In this document: positions 1 to 13,282 of the stretch, one piece after another
Position numbering within the stretch: the first letter of the stretch is position 1
Layout of the letters: the number at the start of each line of letters is the position of its first letter
Source of the DNA: Octopus vulgaris
Taxonomy: Eukaryota
Length of the DNA: 64,000 nucleotides
Direction: 5' to 3'
Assembly: GCA_951406725.2 (NCBI GenBank)
Contig: OX597830.1
Span: 52,018,001 to 52,082,000, forward strand
Program-made: the position numbers and the translations under genes
Notes under the pieces: model-generated
What the model was told of the DNA's origin: nothing
The model's input: only the letters and a program-made list of their open reading frames with translations
The model's database searches: none

Positions 1-229
1 CTTAAAGGTATTTCGTCCGTCTTTACAATCTGAGTTCAAATTCAGTCAGAGTCGCATCAACCAGCACCTTCTCCAAATTTCAGGCGTTTTGAAATAGCAG
101 AAACGAACTTACACATTTTGGGGGCGTTAAATAGACATCCTAGCGTCGTGGGTACTTAAAAAAGCGCAGCAGATCGTGTGAGAGAGGTTGGACAGGAAGA
201 CAAGAAGCAACAAGGATAATAATAATAAG

Positions 230-450
230 ACTGTGAGCTGACAGAAGAATTGTTAGCGCGTCAGGCGAAATAGCTAGTGGCATTTCATCCGTCTTTACGT
301 TCTGAGTTCAAATTCCACCCCGGCCGATATTGTCTTTCATCCTTTCGATGTCGATAAATTAAGTACCAGTGAAACACTGATGTTGAGGAAATCGACGAGT
401 CCTCTCCACCAAAATTTCAGGCCCTGTATCTTTAGTAGAAAGGAAGATTA
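230..450 (+). mobile_element. SINE family A copy (tRNA-like head, Nin-domain-like core, short tail), diverged
   Basis: GAGCTGACAGAA..GTTAGCGCG head, B-box-like GAGTTCAAATTCC, core CTTTCATCCTTTCGATGTCGATAAATTAAGTACCAG shared with many other copies in the window. Confidence 0.8.
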
Positions 451-1112
451 TTCTTTGTTTTTATAATTCTACAAATTTTACGTGTATATAATAAGTTAGG
501 CCAGTGGCTTTACTTATTATATGAATATATAACAGAAGAAATATTTTATTTAAGTTTATCTACCATAGTGCTAAAATGGATCTCTGAGGATTTCTAGTCT
601 GTATATTATCGCTCCTGTCCTTGATGTCATCACTCTATGTTTGTCTTTTTCAGCGTTTGCTATCCACCAAATCCTCTAAGATGTGGGAACAGAGATTGCT
701 GGACCCGAAAACAAGACGAAAATATTGCAGGTTTATTAAGTAAAATTCTCACAGAATGAGAATGAGAAGTAAACAATATTGTCACTGATCTTTTTTCTTT
801 TTTTCAGTCATTGGATTGCAGCCATTTTGGGGACCGCTTTGAAGGGTTTTCGGTTCCAGATTACGACTTCAATACTTATTTATCAGTGCCTGGAGCTGAT
901 GCGCCAAGTCACGGAGACATAAACAAACCAACACCGGTTTCAGTAAGTGGTGGAGGTGACAAATACACACAAAACATACATACACTCATACATATATATA
1001 TGTGTGTGTTGTGTGTGCATGTGTATCTGTGTATCTGTGTGTCTGTGAGTCTGTCTCTGTCTGTCTCTCTGTCTGTTTCTGTACACCCACCACCACTTAA
1101 CAACCGATATTG

Positions 1113-1170
<58 letters not shown>

Positions 1171-1480
1171 CCGTAAATTATCGGTTCGGCAAAAGTACCC
1201 GATAGAATAAGTAATAGTCTTACAAAGAATAAACCCTGAGATCGATTTCTTCGACTGAATGGTCGTGCTCCAGCATGGCCGCAGTGAAATGAGTGAAAAG
1301 AATAAAACAATATATATGTATATACACACACACACTTATAAATATATATATATATATAAATATTTGAGTAGTTGAATGAATTATCTTGTTATGGATAATT
1401 CCTTCGCAATTAGGAATATGCAGCCTTCGAAACATATGTCGAAAATAAAGGAATTTTGTTAATTCGTCGTTCAACTATTC

Positions 1481-1523
<43 letters not shown>

Positions 1524-2487
1524 GCGGGCTTCCACACAGTTTATCTCTGCAAAATCTATTCAAAAGGTATTCCTCGGCAGTAGAACTGAACCCGAAACCG
1601 CGTGGTTGCAAAGCAAGCCTTCTGAGCAGACAGCTATGCATGTGCTTATAACATGTGAGTTCGCCCCCTCCGGAAAGATATTTCTTTTAGGCTAAGAATT
1701 ACTGTATTGGTTGGCTGCGTCCTTGGCAGTTTCCACTTCATCCGACGAGCTACAAATAACTAAAGCATCTCCCCGCTTATATTGTGATATGAGGGGGAGT
1801 TGTTTTATAAACGAGGCAAAGCTTGTGTTCTATAACGTATACAGAAAACGGTTGAAAGACTTTTGATCAAATGTCATTTCGATCATGGCTGACCTGTAGC
1901 TGTACAACAACAGCAACAATCCCAACCACAACGATAACAGTAACACAGACAGCTTCTAATCATTAGATATCATATAAACAATATGATTTATATCACTAGA
2001 ACCTGGTGATTATTATCGCTTCAATCTGACTACGCGATATTGATATTGTAATAAGATTTATCTTCATTCAACTTTGGTGTCGCCACGAATTTACATTTGC
2101 GTCTCTCTCAAGGTTTATCATTACGCATGCGTGCAAATTGTTTATCTACATCCGCACGCGAGTTTCTAGTTACATTAGTTTTGCATGTGATAGCGAAATA
2201 CTTCTATATTAATTTATATTTATGTTAGGTCTATGTATAAATTTACCCGTGTAGGTGCATTGTATGCATATGTATGTGAGTGTGGGTCGTACAGTAGTCG
2301 TTATGCCTACATATACAGGCACATATGTGCAAGCAAGATATATCTACCCAAATGTAATAAATATTTTGTGCCTCTGTAGCATAAGGAATGTGTTATATAA
2401 GACACAATGTATATATACCCGCTACAAGATACGTACACCCCTTTCTATATATTTAGGAGCAATTAGTACATATATCTATATATATAT

Positions 2488-2518
<31 letters not shown>

Positions 2519-2537
2519 GGTATATATGTGTGCGTTT

Positions 2538-2626
<89 letters not shown>

Positions 2627-2804
2627 TATGTATATATATATATACAAAACCAACAAGAATGGATTCTTGTTGCTCTTTTCTTGGTAATAATCACCCCACA
2701 TTAATTTATGGTTAATACCATAAAGAATTCTGGTGCATCTAAGTTAAGTACCATATTCATTTGAATTCATTGGAATTCACTTGAATCTTAATTGTTTTTG
2801 CTGA

Positions 2805-2835
<31 letters not shown>

Positions 2836-2836
2836 C

Positions 2837-2879
<43 letters not shown>

Positions 2880-3010
2880 TAGTTTTGACTTTAAGAGTCC
2901 CTCCTAGCGTGTGGTATCTATGTGCAATCGTGCCTCTCTCTCTCTCTCTTTATATATATATATATATTTATATATTTATATATAAATGTATGTGTGTGTG
3001 TGTGTAAGTG

Positions 3011-3041
<31 letters not shown>

Positions 3042-3050
3042 ACATATACA

Positions 3051-3098
<48 letters not shown>

Positions 3099-3600
3099 CA
3101 TGTATGTATGTGTTTTGTCAAAATTCACCTATATCTATTCACGCATAGGCACTCTACTGCACAAACATCAACTATTCAAAATGCACATGCGCACACACAC
3201 GCACACACACGCACGCACACATACACACGCAGGCTCAATAAAGCTACACCAATTATCTCTGAACGGCTCCAAACGACTTCGAATCTATAGATTTCGTTTA
3301 GCTCAATTTTTTATTTATCTCTCATAATGTTGCTGCTGGTCTAACAACATAATTACCGTCTGTGTATTAAAATTTATATTCATTTAAGCTCACAGCAAGG
3401 GGGCAGTGTGGCAGAACTGGCACCACACCGGACAAAATCTTAGTAACGTTTAGGTTCTGATTTCAAATTGCTTCGAGGTCAGATTTGCCTTTCGTCCTTT
3501 TCGGGGCTACGAAATAAGTACCAGTCATGTACCGGGGTACATGTCATCGATTTTCCTCACCCGTCAAAATCTTGTGCTAAAATCTCAAGGCATTTAAACC

Positions 3601-3763
3601 TATAGTTTTTTATGACATATAAGACTCACTTTTTTCAAAAACTTACCTAGAATCCTATATCCGAAGTTAGGCCCATATTACATGTTTTAATGCGTTAACA
3701 ACTTTTTTCCTGAATATTCTCTGCTAAAGATGGGCGGCGTCTAATATGTATGGCGAAAAATCT
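3601..3763. mobile_element. Degenerate Tc1/pogo-type MITE
   Basis: Ends resemble inverted motifs ..ACATATAAGACTCAC.. and ..GCGTCTAATATGT..; heavily decayed. Confidence 0.3.
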
Positions 3764-4279
3764 ATTTCTCTAATGTTATGCATTGAGACACTACGTACAT
3801 AGACATGGAAATATATACGCCTATAAGAGAAAAAATAAATGAAACTAGAAGGCCCAACACTCACACAAACTCGCAAGAATCACCTCTACCTACCCCTAAA
3901 CTACGTACATCCAAAGTAGCTCCAAATGAGCTCCACTACCAACTAATAAGATATCCAGTTTGTAGTCTTTACTCATCCGATGATTGTCAATCAGACTCAG
4001 AGGAAACCAATGGTCACACCGGATTATTAAATATTAAAATGGTTGCAACAATAAATTTAAGACAACAAACGTACCGAGTTCTCTTATTCGTTAACCTAAA
4101 TAGTACACAAGACTTCACAATAACTCTCAAGGCAAGTTTTACATAGATATATATGTATATATGGGTGTGTGTGTGTGTATGTGTGTGTGGTGGGTGGGGT
4201 TGTATTCGCCCACATATTTACCTTTTATTACTATCAGCCAATTGATTGCGGCCAGACCGCGGTACTACATTACACTACT

Positions 4280-4670
4280 CTTTTATTCTTTTACTTGTTT
4301 CAGCCATATGACTGTGGTCATGCTGGAGCACCGCCTTTAGTCGAGCAAATCGACACCCAGGACTTATTCTTTGAAAGCCTAGTACTTATTCTATCGGTCT
4401 CGTTTGCCAATAAGCATACCAGCATCGGTTGTCAAGCCGATATTGGAGGTGGGGCAAATACAGACGCACAAACATATATACACACCTACATATATATGCA
4501 TATATACGACGGGCTTCTTTCAGTTTCCGTCTATCAAATCCACTCACAAGGCTTTGTTCTGCCCGAGTCTATAGTAGAAGACATAAGCCCAAGGTGCCAC
4601 GCAGTGGGCCTGAACCCGGAACCATGTGGTTCGTAAGCAAGTAACTTACTACATAGCCGCTCCTACCCCT
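4280..4670 (-). mobile_element. SINE family B copy
   Basis: Reverse complement of the 9915-10320 copy (GCTGGAGCACCGCCTTTAGTCGA..GACGGGCTTCTTTCAGTTTCCGTCT..GAACCCGGAACCATGTGG). Confidence 0.85.
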
Positions 4671-5159
4671 ACATTCATTAATTTTTCAAAATTATATTGG
4701 TTCTCTTAATCTGATGCGCTATCAAATTACTGCAGTTAAATATTTAAGTAAGTCCACATAAGAAGTAATCTCTTTTTAGTAAGTAAATGACACTAGGTTT
4801 ATGCACTAAATGACATCACTTGACTTACAAATACATGAAAACAGACACAAATATCCACACATATACACACGCACACAAATACACACACCTGTATATATAT
4901 ATTTATATAAATGTCATAAATGACAGAGAAACATTTTGATGAAATTTTATTTAACAATAAGACAATTCTAATATCAGGACAAATTGTTTCGTAACTTAAA
5001 AACATGTAAATAATTTATATTATTATATTTAATGCTAAATAAATTGCTTACACGCCTGCATTAAGGCAAAATGCAAAAGCTCATTTTCACTTGTATAGTA
5101 ATATTTATTCTATATGTTTTGCAGAATGATACACTAAGGAGCTTTGTTATGAGTAATAC

Positions 5160-5537
5160 CAGATTACGTAAATCCATATATTGTGACATAAGCACGCTCA
5201 CCCTTAAGTCGGGTGCCTCCACATGTCGGTTACGTCGACGAGGCTTCCAGTTGATCTGATCAGAGGAAGAGCCTGCTTGTGAAATTAACGTGCATGTGGC
5301 TGAGCACGCAACAGACACGTGTATCCTTAACGTAGCCCTCACAGAGATTCAGCGTAACACAGAGACTGGCCCTTTGAAATACATGTACTACTCTATTTTG
5401 CCAGCTGAGCGAACTGGAGCAACGTGAAATATAGTGAAATATAGTGTCTTACTCAAGGACACAACACGTGGCCGGGAATTGAACTCACAACCTTACAATC
5501 GCGAGCTGAAAACCCTATCCGCTAAGCCACGCGCCTT
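5160..5537 (-). mobile_element. SINE family C copy (tRNA head plus Meta-domain-like core)
   Basis: Minus strand reads GGCGCGTGGCTTAGCGG..GAGTTCAATTCCCGG..GTTGTGTCCTTGAGTAAGACAC..GTTGCTCCAGTTCGCTCAGCTGG. Related copies at ~34180-34400 (+), ~49480-49680 (-) and ~55960-56222 (-). Confidence 0.75.
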
Positions 5538-6039
5538 AACATATATATAAAATATCGCCTACAGGCAACACAGAAGACCTGCTGGTTGGAGGCACATAAC
5601 GTCTTTACTGATGGAGGTAAGTTCTGAGCAAAATATCTTGAAACGAAAATTTTCGAAGCAAAACATCCTTCTTCACGGGAAGAAGTTATCACTTTTTGAC
5701 CATTTTTATTATGTCCGAAATGATCAGAAAAAGGTTTTCGCGTCGAAGAATTTCGTTCCAGGGTTCATTTTTATTTTTTCCAACATTGCTTACCAAACCT
5801 TTCTTCTTACCTTCTTTAGTAAAGAAGTTCTGAACATACAGCCAGCAGATCTGGTATGCCATCTATATTGGTAAGAGCAACTATAGACGTGAAGACAATG
5901 GTAATTTTTTGACCGACCATAACTAACGACCACACAACATATATATATATATTTATATATAGGCGCAGGCGTGGCTGTGGGGTAAGAAAGTTGCTTTCGG
6001 ATTCAGACTCACTATAGCATCGAGCCGACAAAAGCCTTT

Positions 6040-6352
6040 TCAGTAGATGTGTGTGGCGCAGCTGAGCGAGAGACCAAGAAAACACCTTGTAACACCAAAG
6101 ATGAACTGAACACAAGGATGTTGGCAACATTTACCAACTTAAAACAAGGAGACCGTCCAGAAGCATTGCAAGGAATTCCGAAGTCGTTTAGAGGCCATAG
6201 TTGAAGCCAAAGGCGATTTTATGGAGTAAATCTACTCTTTAGTATTTCAAGTTATTCTCGTGTAATTTTGGCAAATATATCTGTTAAAATGAGATGCGTT
6301 ATTTTCATTTTTGCGTAATTTATACGACAGCTTATTCACCGCATCCTTTAAG
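6040..6352 (+). mobile_element. 3' fragment of the DD37D/maT mariner-like element
   Basis: Reverse complement of the end shared by the copies at 16108, 50810 and 57524 (GAGCGAGAGACCAAGAAAACACCTTGTAACACC..TTCACCGCATCC). Confidence 0.75.
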
Positions 6353-6354
6353 TG

Positions 6355-6754
6355 TATATATATATATATATAAAACTTAAGTTGTCTGTGTGTGTGGTAG
6401 GTTTGGTAGCCTTCAACTAACACTATCTCCTCCGAGACCCTGCGGCGCAAGTTGACCAAAATTGAGAGTATGATAGAAGACGGCCTGCTCTTTCTTCCGT
6501 AGAAGAAAATATTCAAATCGGACCATGTTAACACCAAGAATTATTTACATCAAAAAGGTGATTTTTTTCTATGAAAATCACTATTTTTTACGATTTTTTT
6601 GACTGCTGTGTCGCCATTTTTCGGTGTATTTCAACCAGAAAAATGTTCACTTAAAAAAGAATAACAAGCTACATAATGCAGCATTTTTACTTTTCAAAAA
6701 TTCCAATTCTAAAGGGTCGAAACAAACCCGAACAACGCCAGGCGATACTGCTAG
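6355..6754 (+). mobile_element. Non-autonomous Helitron-like element
   Basis: Starts (TA)n-AAAACTTAAGTTGTCTGTGTGTG. Ends with imperfect hairpin CCCGAACAACGCCAGG, then ..CTGCTAG|T. Same 3' architecture as the Helitron end at 22266-22293. Confidence 0.7.
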
Positions 6755-6840
6755 TATATTCTTTATCTTTTATTAAACTTTTAATACTTTTGATATTAAA
6801 AAATTAATTAATTAATAAAATAATATATAAATATAAAAAT

Positions 6841-6904
<64 letters not shown>

Positions 6905-7132
6905 ATATATTTATAAAATTTATAAGTTTAAATTATTTAAATAATTTTTTAATTTTAACTTTTATATTTTTAAATTAATTTTATGTATTGGCTTATGTTT
7001 TTCACTTTTTGATTTGCCTAATAGTGGTTTTATCTCTAATTTAATATAATATAATATATTTATACTATAAAATTGGATTTAATCCTAAATCTAATTTTTC
7101 CCTGTAAGTTTGGATTTATTCCCTAATATTAT

Positions 7133-7163
<31 letters not shown>

Positions 7164-7258
7164 ACTTTGATCTTCTGCACTTGACTGTTTACTAATTTTC
7201 ATTCTGTGGTGAGGTTCATGAATGGGACTAGGGTGGGAAATGTTTTCCAAATATGTTA

Positions 7259-7371
7259 ATTTGGTTTGGAAGCAACACAGTATCAAAGTGAGCGTCTTAA
7301 ATGTTCAGTCATAAACATCTTCAGAAATAACTTCTCTGGTTATTACTGTGTGCCTGTGTCGTGCGCGTATG

Positions 7372-7407
<36 letters not shown>

Positions 7408-7552
7408 GTGTGTGAGTGCATGTGTTTGTGTGTCTACACATATTGAATAAAGCTAGATAAATATATAAATAGCTAGAGGTATGCATACATAAACATACCT
7501 GCCCACACGCATTCATACACACACATATTTCAATAAACACACACACATACAT

Positions 7553-7596
<44 letters not shown>

Positions 7597-8257
7597 TCAA
7601 AATCAGCACACACATACACATATATATACATACACAGGTAGATTACCTAAAAGTCGATGTGAGTATTCCCTCTCACTTCCTCTCACTCACTCACCCACTT
7701 ACTCTCTCTCTCTCTCTCTCCCTCTCCCTCTCCCTCTCTCCCTACCCCCTCTCTCTCTACCTGAAATTCTGTTGACTTAAAGATTGACTGCTTTTCTGAA
7801 AATAGAAATAGAATTTATTCGAGGAATGGATGTGTGGATTACGATTTATGGAGAGATATCGGTATTAGCGGAGATTAAAAATAGATTTGGAATTTTAGAC
7901 ATAGACTTTCGTTTGTGCACACACTTATGTGTGTATACAATGTGTATGCGGAGTTGTGTGTGTGTGGGGGGGAGTTGTGTGCATGTATGTGTGTTATCTC
8001 CTCTCTGCACAATCGAACATGGCCATGTGAGACTCTGAGTTGTAACGGAACAAATTATGAAATACCTCTTATTACATACACACATTCACACAAACACAAA
8101 CACACATACACACATACACACGGAAACACATACACACATACACACGGAAACACATACACACACACACGCTACAAACATATTCACGCAGTCAGTCACGTAT
8201 AGACATAAATGTATACATACGCAAGTCTCACTCTCGCTCTTTCCATACATGTACACA

Positions 8258-8339
<82 letters not shown>

Positions 8340-8390
8340 GTATACATATATATATGTATATATGTGTATATATATATATGTATAGATATA

Positions 8391-8461
<71 letters not shown>

Positions 8462-8472
8462 ATATATATATG

Positions 8473-8554
<82 letters not shown>

Positions 8555-8647
8555 ATGTATATTTGGTATGGAAACAACACAGTTTCAACGTGAGCGTCAT
8601 AAATATTCAGTCATAAACATCTTAAGAAATAACTTCTATGGTTATTA
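7259..8647 (+). repeat. 87-bp direct repeat pair (7259-7345 and 8561-8647)
   Basis: ATTTGGTTTGGAAGC..CTCTGGTTATTA vs ATTTGGTATGGAAAC..CTATGGTTATTA; 8 mismatches, no indels. Confidence 0.9.
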
Positions 8648-8649
8648 GA

Positions 8650-8832
8650 GAGAGGCAGACAGACAGACAAACGGATCAAGTCGATAATATCGACCCCAGT
8701 GCGTAACTGGTACTTATTTCATCGGCCCCGAAAGGATGAAAGGCAAAGTCGACCTCGACGGAATTTGAACTCAGAGCGTAACGGCAGACGAAATACGACT
8801 ACGCATTTCGCCCGGCGTGCTAACGTTTCTGT
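8650..8832 (-). mobile_element. SINE family A copy, partial
   Basis: CGACCCCAGTGCGTAACTGGTACTTATTT..GAAAGGATGAAAGGCAAAGTCGACCTC..GCATTTCGCCCGGCGTGCTAACG. Confidence 0.85.
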
Positions 8833-8883
8833 CAGTAAAATAATAGGTATATATATATATAAAGCATATAGCTTTTATCCATT

Positions 8884-9330
8884 AAAAAAAAACGAAAAGA
8901 AAATGAAGATTAGGAAGTTAATAACTGTTTATTATTAACGAGAAATTGGTCATCGTCGCCTCTTACAGCTACTTCAATTAGTACTCAATAATTTAATTAC
9001 AAATTTGTACATTAAATCTATATTTATGTGACATGAGTGTAACTTCATCAGAGGGAAAATGATGTACCTTTGGATGCTATAATTTGACTTATCAATTCAT
9101 ATAGCAGCCTGCTAAGATGAATTGATAAGCCCACATATAACATACAAGTTTGTAAATAAATTATTGAGGCGGTGCTCCAGCATAGCCGCAGTCAAATAAC
9201 TGAAACAAGTAAAAGAGAAAAAAGAGAAAAAGAGTATTAATTGAAACAGCTGTAAGAAGCGAAGATGACCAATTTGCTGTTAGTAATAAACAATTATTAA
9301 CTTCCTAATCTCAACTTTCGTTTCTTCTTT

Positions 9331-9331
<1 letters not shown>
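8884..9331. mobile_element. Fold-back/MITE-like element with ~125-bp inverted arms; right arm interrupted by a SINE-B 3' fragment (9169-9234)
   Basis: 8884-9009 is the reverse complement of 9143-9168 plus 9232-9331; inner hairpin at 9088-9129. Confidence 0.8.
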
Positions 9332-9384
<53 letters not shown>

Positions 9385-9914
9385 GTGTGTGTGTGTATGT
9401 GTATGTTTGTATGTGTATGTATGTATGTATGTATATATGTATGTCGAATATCTCCGATGAATTCCAGATCAACTACCTGCTCTGGGATATATCGCTGCAT
9501 ATAGTAATTCTACTCGAATGGGCTACGGTGTCCAAAGAATGACTAATATGAAACATTGTCAAATGTCTTTTCCAAATATCTAACCTGAACTTATGGAAGG
9601 GTGTGCGTGTTTGCGCACGCGCGTCTGTGTGTGTCTACACACTGGGTAAATTCGTGAAAGCGTCGATTGAAACGCGTTGCGGCATTCGTTCCAGCTCATT
9701 ACACTCTGAGATGAACTTCACATTTCTAGGTTGGTAAATAAAGGATCAGTCGGGTACTGGGGGGTAACCCTTGTGCGTTACTTCTTCGCTTCTCCAGGAC
9801 TACCAATGGTCAAGACATTCCCAAAACACCTTAAGGATTTGAAGGTTAGGCTATGATATATTCAACAGCGGAACATTTATTGTGTTAAAGAATACGAATA
9901 TATATATTTGTACA

Positions 9915-10320
9915 GATGCAGGAGTGGCTGTGTGGTAAGTAGCTTGCTTACTAATCACATGGTTCCGGGTTCAGTCCCACTGCGTGGCATCTTGGGCAAG
10001 TGTCTTCTACTATAGCCTCTGGCCGACCAAAGCCTTGTGAGTGGATTTGGTAGACGGAAACTGAAAGAAGCCCGTCGTATATATGTATATATATATGTGT
10101 GTGTTTATGTTTGTGTGTCTGTGTTTGTCCCACTAGCATTGCTTTACAACCGATGCTGGTGTGTTTACGTCGCTGTCACCTAGCGGTTCGGCAAAAGAGA
10201 GCGATAGAATAATTACTGGGCTTACAAAGAATAAGTCCCGGGGTAGATTTGTTCGACTAAAGGCGGTGCTCCAGCATGGCCGCAGTCAAATGACTGAAAC
10301 AAGTAAGAGAGTAAAAGAGT
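9915..10320 (+). mobile_element. SINE family B, near full length
   Basis: A-box TGGCTGTGTGG, B-box-like GGTTCAGTCCC, CTTGGGCAAGT core, internal (TA)/(TG) tract, 3' GGCGGTGCTCCAGCATGGCCGCAGTC and short AAGAG(T) tail repeats. Confidence 0.88.
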
Positions 10321-11407
10321 ATGCGTATATGCGTATATTTGTGTACATGTATTAATAGGTATATGAGTAAATATTTGCTTGCTATGCTATAATCCCGGTT
10401 TATCTCTGGTTGAGCTCTTTTATAAATTACTTCAGGTGTAATCATAACATCGTTGGCTGTATCTTCGCCATTTCGTTCAGACAGTACAGTGTGATTTTAA
10501 GAGTATTTAATAGTCATTTGTAACAGGTGGAGTAACAACTACCAACTGGTCGGTAGAGCTGGATGCATTGCGATATCTGTGCTGGTTCTTGGTTTTCTGC
10601 CAGCAATCCCATCGCGAATTCTGGCGCGGTACTCTATTGGTCGTTAAGGAACACTTTTCTCTTGGATAACACTGGTCGCGGGCAAGTTATGGGCTTGCCT
10701 GAGTGGCCAAATTGTAATCATCCACAAATATAAATTAGCCCGGACCTACAGGTGTTTCAGACAAATAGTCTGTTTCTTTATACACACTCATACTGAAAAT
10801 ATATGGTGGGGCTCGTGTGTGTATGTGTGCGAACGTGCGTGCGGGCGTGCGGATGTGTGTGTGTGTGTGTGTGTATGTGTGTGTGTGTGTGTGTTTGCGT
10901 GCGTGTGTGTGAATAGTGTGTATATTGTACGTAGGCGCAGGTGAGAAGTTCCAGACAATGCTCAATCGTTGTTTGTGGTTATGGCAGCTGGCACCTCGCA
11001 TTTAGTTGTTCGAATTTCACGTTCCCAGTTATCAGACTAGATACGAAGTAAATAAATAAACAGAAAAAAAACAAAATTTTTCTTTTGTGGTGGTGGTGGG
11101 ATATTTTTGATCAATTCTAACTGGGGTCTAAGGAAGAACAACAGCAAACTTAAAGAGCTTCTATACTCTGCTCAGTTTTCTAGAAATAGAAGTTATGGGA
11201 CATTTGTAAATCATACTCGTCGTCGTCTTAAAACGAGGGAATGCATTAGGTACAGAGATCTTGAAATTTACAGTACTTTAGAAAATATAAAAAGAGATGG
11301 TCACAAATAGAACACTCTTGATGTAGTGTTGTAGCCTGATCATGTAGGTATTACTTGGGGTTAAATAACAATGAAAGAACATTAAAATCTTCTAGCATAT
11401 AAAGCAC

Positions 11408-11770
11408 CCAGCTGGCAGAATCTTTAGCACGCCGGGCAAAATGCTTAGCGGAATTTCGTCTGCCGTTACATTCTGAGTTCAAATTCCGCCGAGGTCGACT
11501 TTGCCTTTCATCCTTTCGGGGTCGATAAATTAAGTACCAGTTACGCACTGGGGTCGATGTAATCGGCTTAATCCGTTTGTCTGTCCTTGTTTGTCCTCTC
11601 TGCGTTTAGCCCCTTGTGGGTAGTAAAGAAATAGGTATTTCGTCCGTCTTTCTACCGAGATCGACTTTGCCTTTCATCCTTTCGAGATGTACTCGTTGAA
11701 CGTTAGGGTCGATGTAATCGACTTACTCCCTGCCTCGGAACTGCTGGCCTTGTGCTAAAATTTGAAATCA
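11408..11770 (+). mobile_element. SINE family A with duplicated body (long-tail unit then short-tail unit)
   Basis: Head, body, long tail ending GTAGTAAAGAAATA, then re-entry at GGTATTTCGTC (~11634). Confidence 0.85.
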
Positions 11771-13188
11771 ATATCTTTTAGTATTGTTATAATTACGTCT
11801 CTCAGTATGGGGACAGTTTGATTCAAGTAGGATGAGGCGTTAAAAAAAGTAGTACTTGAAATTGTTAACTTCAGTTTTGTTACACCTAATAGCTGCATTA
11901 GCTTAATCATCAGTTTTAACAGATCTTCCTTGCTGCTGTTGTTGTAGGTGCTGCTGGTGATGCTGTTGTTGTAATTGTTGTAGTTGCTGCTAGTTTTGTT
12001 CACTTCAAAAATTGAATCCTTCCAAACGAAAGCAGACGATAAATACATTTACATTTTTTTCTCTCTTCCCAGCCGCCATCTTGTTATAAGTGTTTTATTT
12101 TATTTCTTCTTCCTGATAAAGCGTTTAAGTTTGTATTCAATCATGGTAAATGTGAAGCTATTACTGAGGTGTTTTCAGGAGAGTGTATATCTGTTTACAT
12201 GTGTATCTGAGAAGAGTAGCACTTAAACAACCATATATATGTACATAAACACACTTAATAGCGAATGTAGATAAATAGTTTAATGTATCAGCAACCTCGT
12301 TTATATTCATATTGACTTCATATTCAATCTAGATTTTTCTAATCTAAAATATTTAATATTGAATTCGCTTCGCTTCTTCAGCAAACTCTGCGTGACTTTT
12401 CCGTTCGCTACTAGGTTTCGCAGATTGGTAAAACGGCTAAACACTCCAAAGACTCCAAGACATTTTAGCTATGTTCATTAAGTGTTTCTTTATTTTAAAG
12501 TATAGTAACTTGGAATTACAGGAAATAGCCATTTCCTAATCAATATTTATCTAAAACATTATATTTTGTCCATCATCGATAAAAATGAAATAAAAGTTGA
12601 GAGAAAAAATACCACGCTTGTGTTATATCAACGCAAGCTCTTCAAAATAACGGGGGGTTGCAACAGAAGCGAAGTGCAAGACAAACAGTTACAATTCTAT
12701 GGACGAAGTCTCTATACTATTGGCATCACAATGAAACATGCAAATTCCTACTAGAAAAAAATGGAGTGAAATATATAGCAAAAAAAATATATAAGGATGA
12801 TATTTTCTTTCACTTTTCATTTTGTTTGTAATACCGTTGTTGTAGTTGTTTTATTCGAATAAAGTAAGTTCTGTGTCAATATAGTTTGCAATGCAAATAC
12901 CAATTCTATGAAAGAGATTAAAATATATTTGACAGAATTGAAGGGGAAAAGAAAGAATAATTTAACGCCATTTTTCACGTTTTCTTTTTGTTTTGTTTAT
13001 AAATATTTATTCATTAATGTTTATTTTATTTATTTATTTTCATTCCTTTCTCTACCACCCGAGATTTATCTTCGATTCTTTCGATTCTTATGAATAAATT
13101 TCATCAGTTTTCTATTATTTTTATCTCTGGTTTTAATTTTATCTCGATACGTATAATTCAGGATATATGGAATTATAACATCAGAATA

Positions 13189-13189
<1 letters not shown>

Positions 13190-13263
<74 letters not shown>

Positions 13264-13282
13264 CATCATCATTATTATTATT
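13190..13282. repeat. (TTA)n microsatellite
   Basis: Direct reading; source of the poly-I and poly-Y ORFs. Confidence 0.98.

Noticed and set aside
3805-4146. 113-aa non-repetitive ORF
   Set aside because: No recognisable motif or splice context; the length is compatible with chance.
4169-4644. Recurrent peptide IYDGLLSVSVYQIHSQ..CHAVGLNPEPC (also at 9951, 42033)
   Set aside because: Antisense translation of SINE family B.
8699-8938. Recurrent peptide [23 protein letters not shown] (also at 11351, 33259, 50021)
   Set aside because: Antisense translation of SINE family A, not a gene family.
9650-9700. GAAACGCGTT as a hammerhead 3' half
   Set aside because: It aligns with a diverged SINE-A head, and no CUGANGA core lies upstream.
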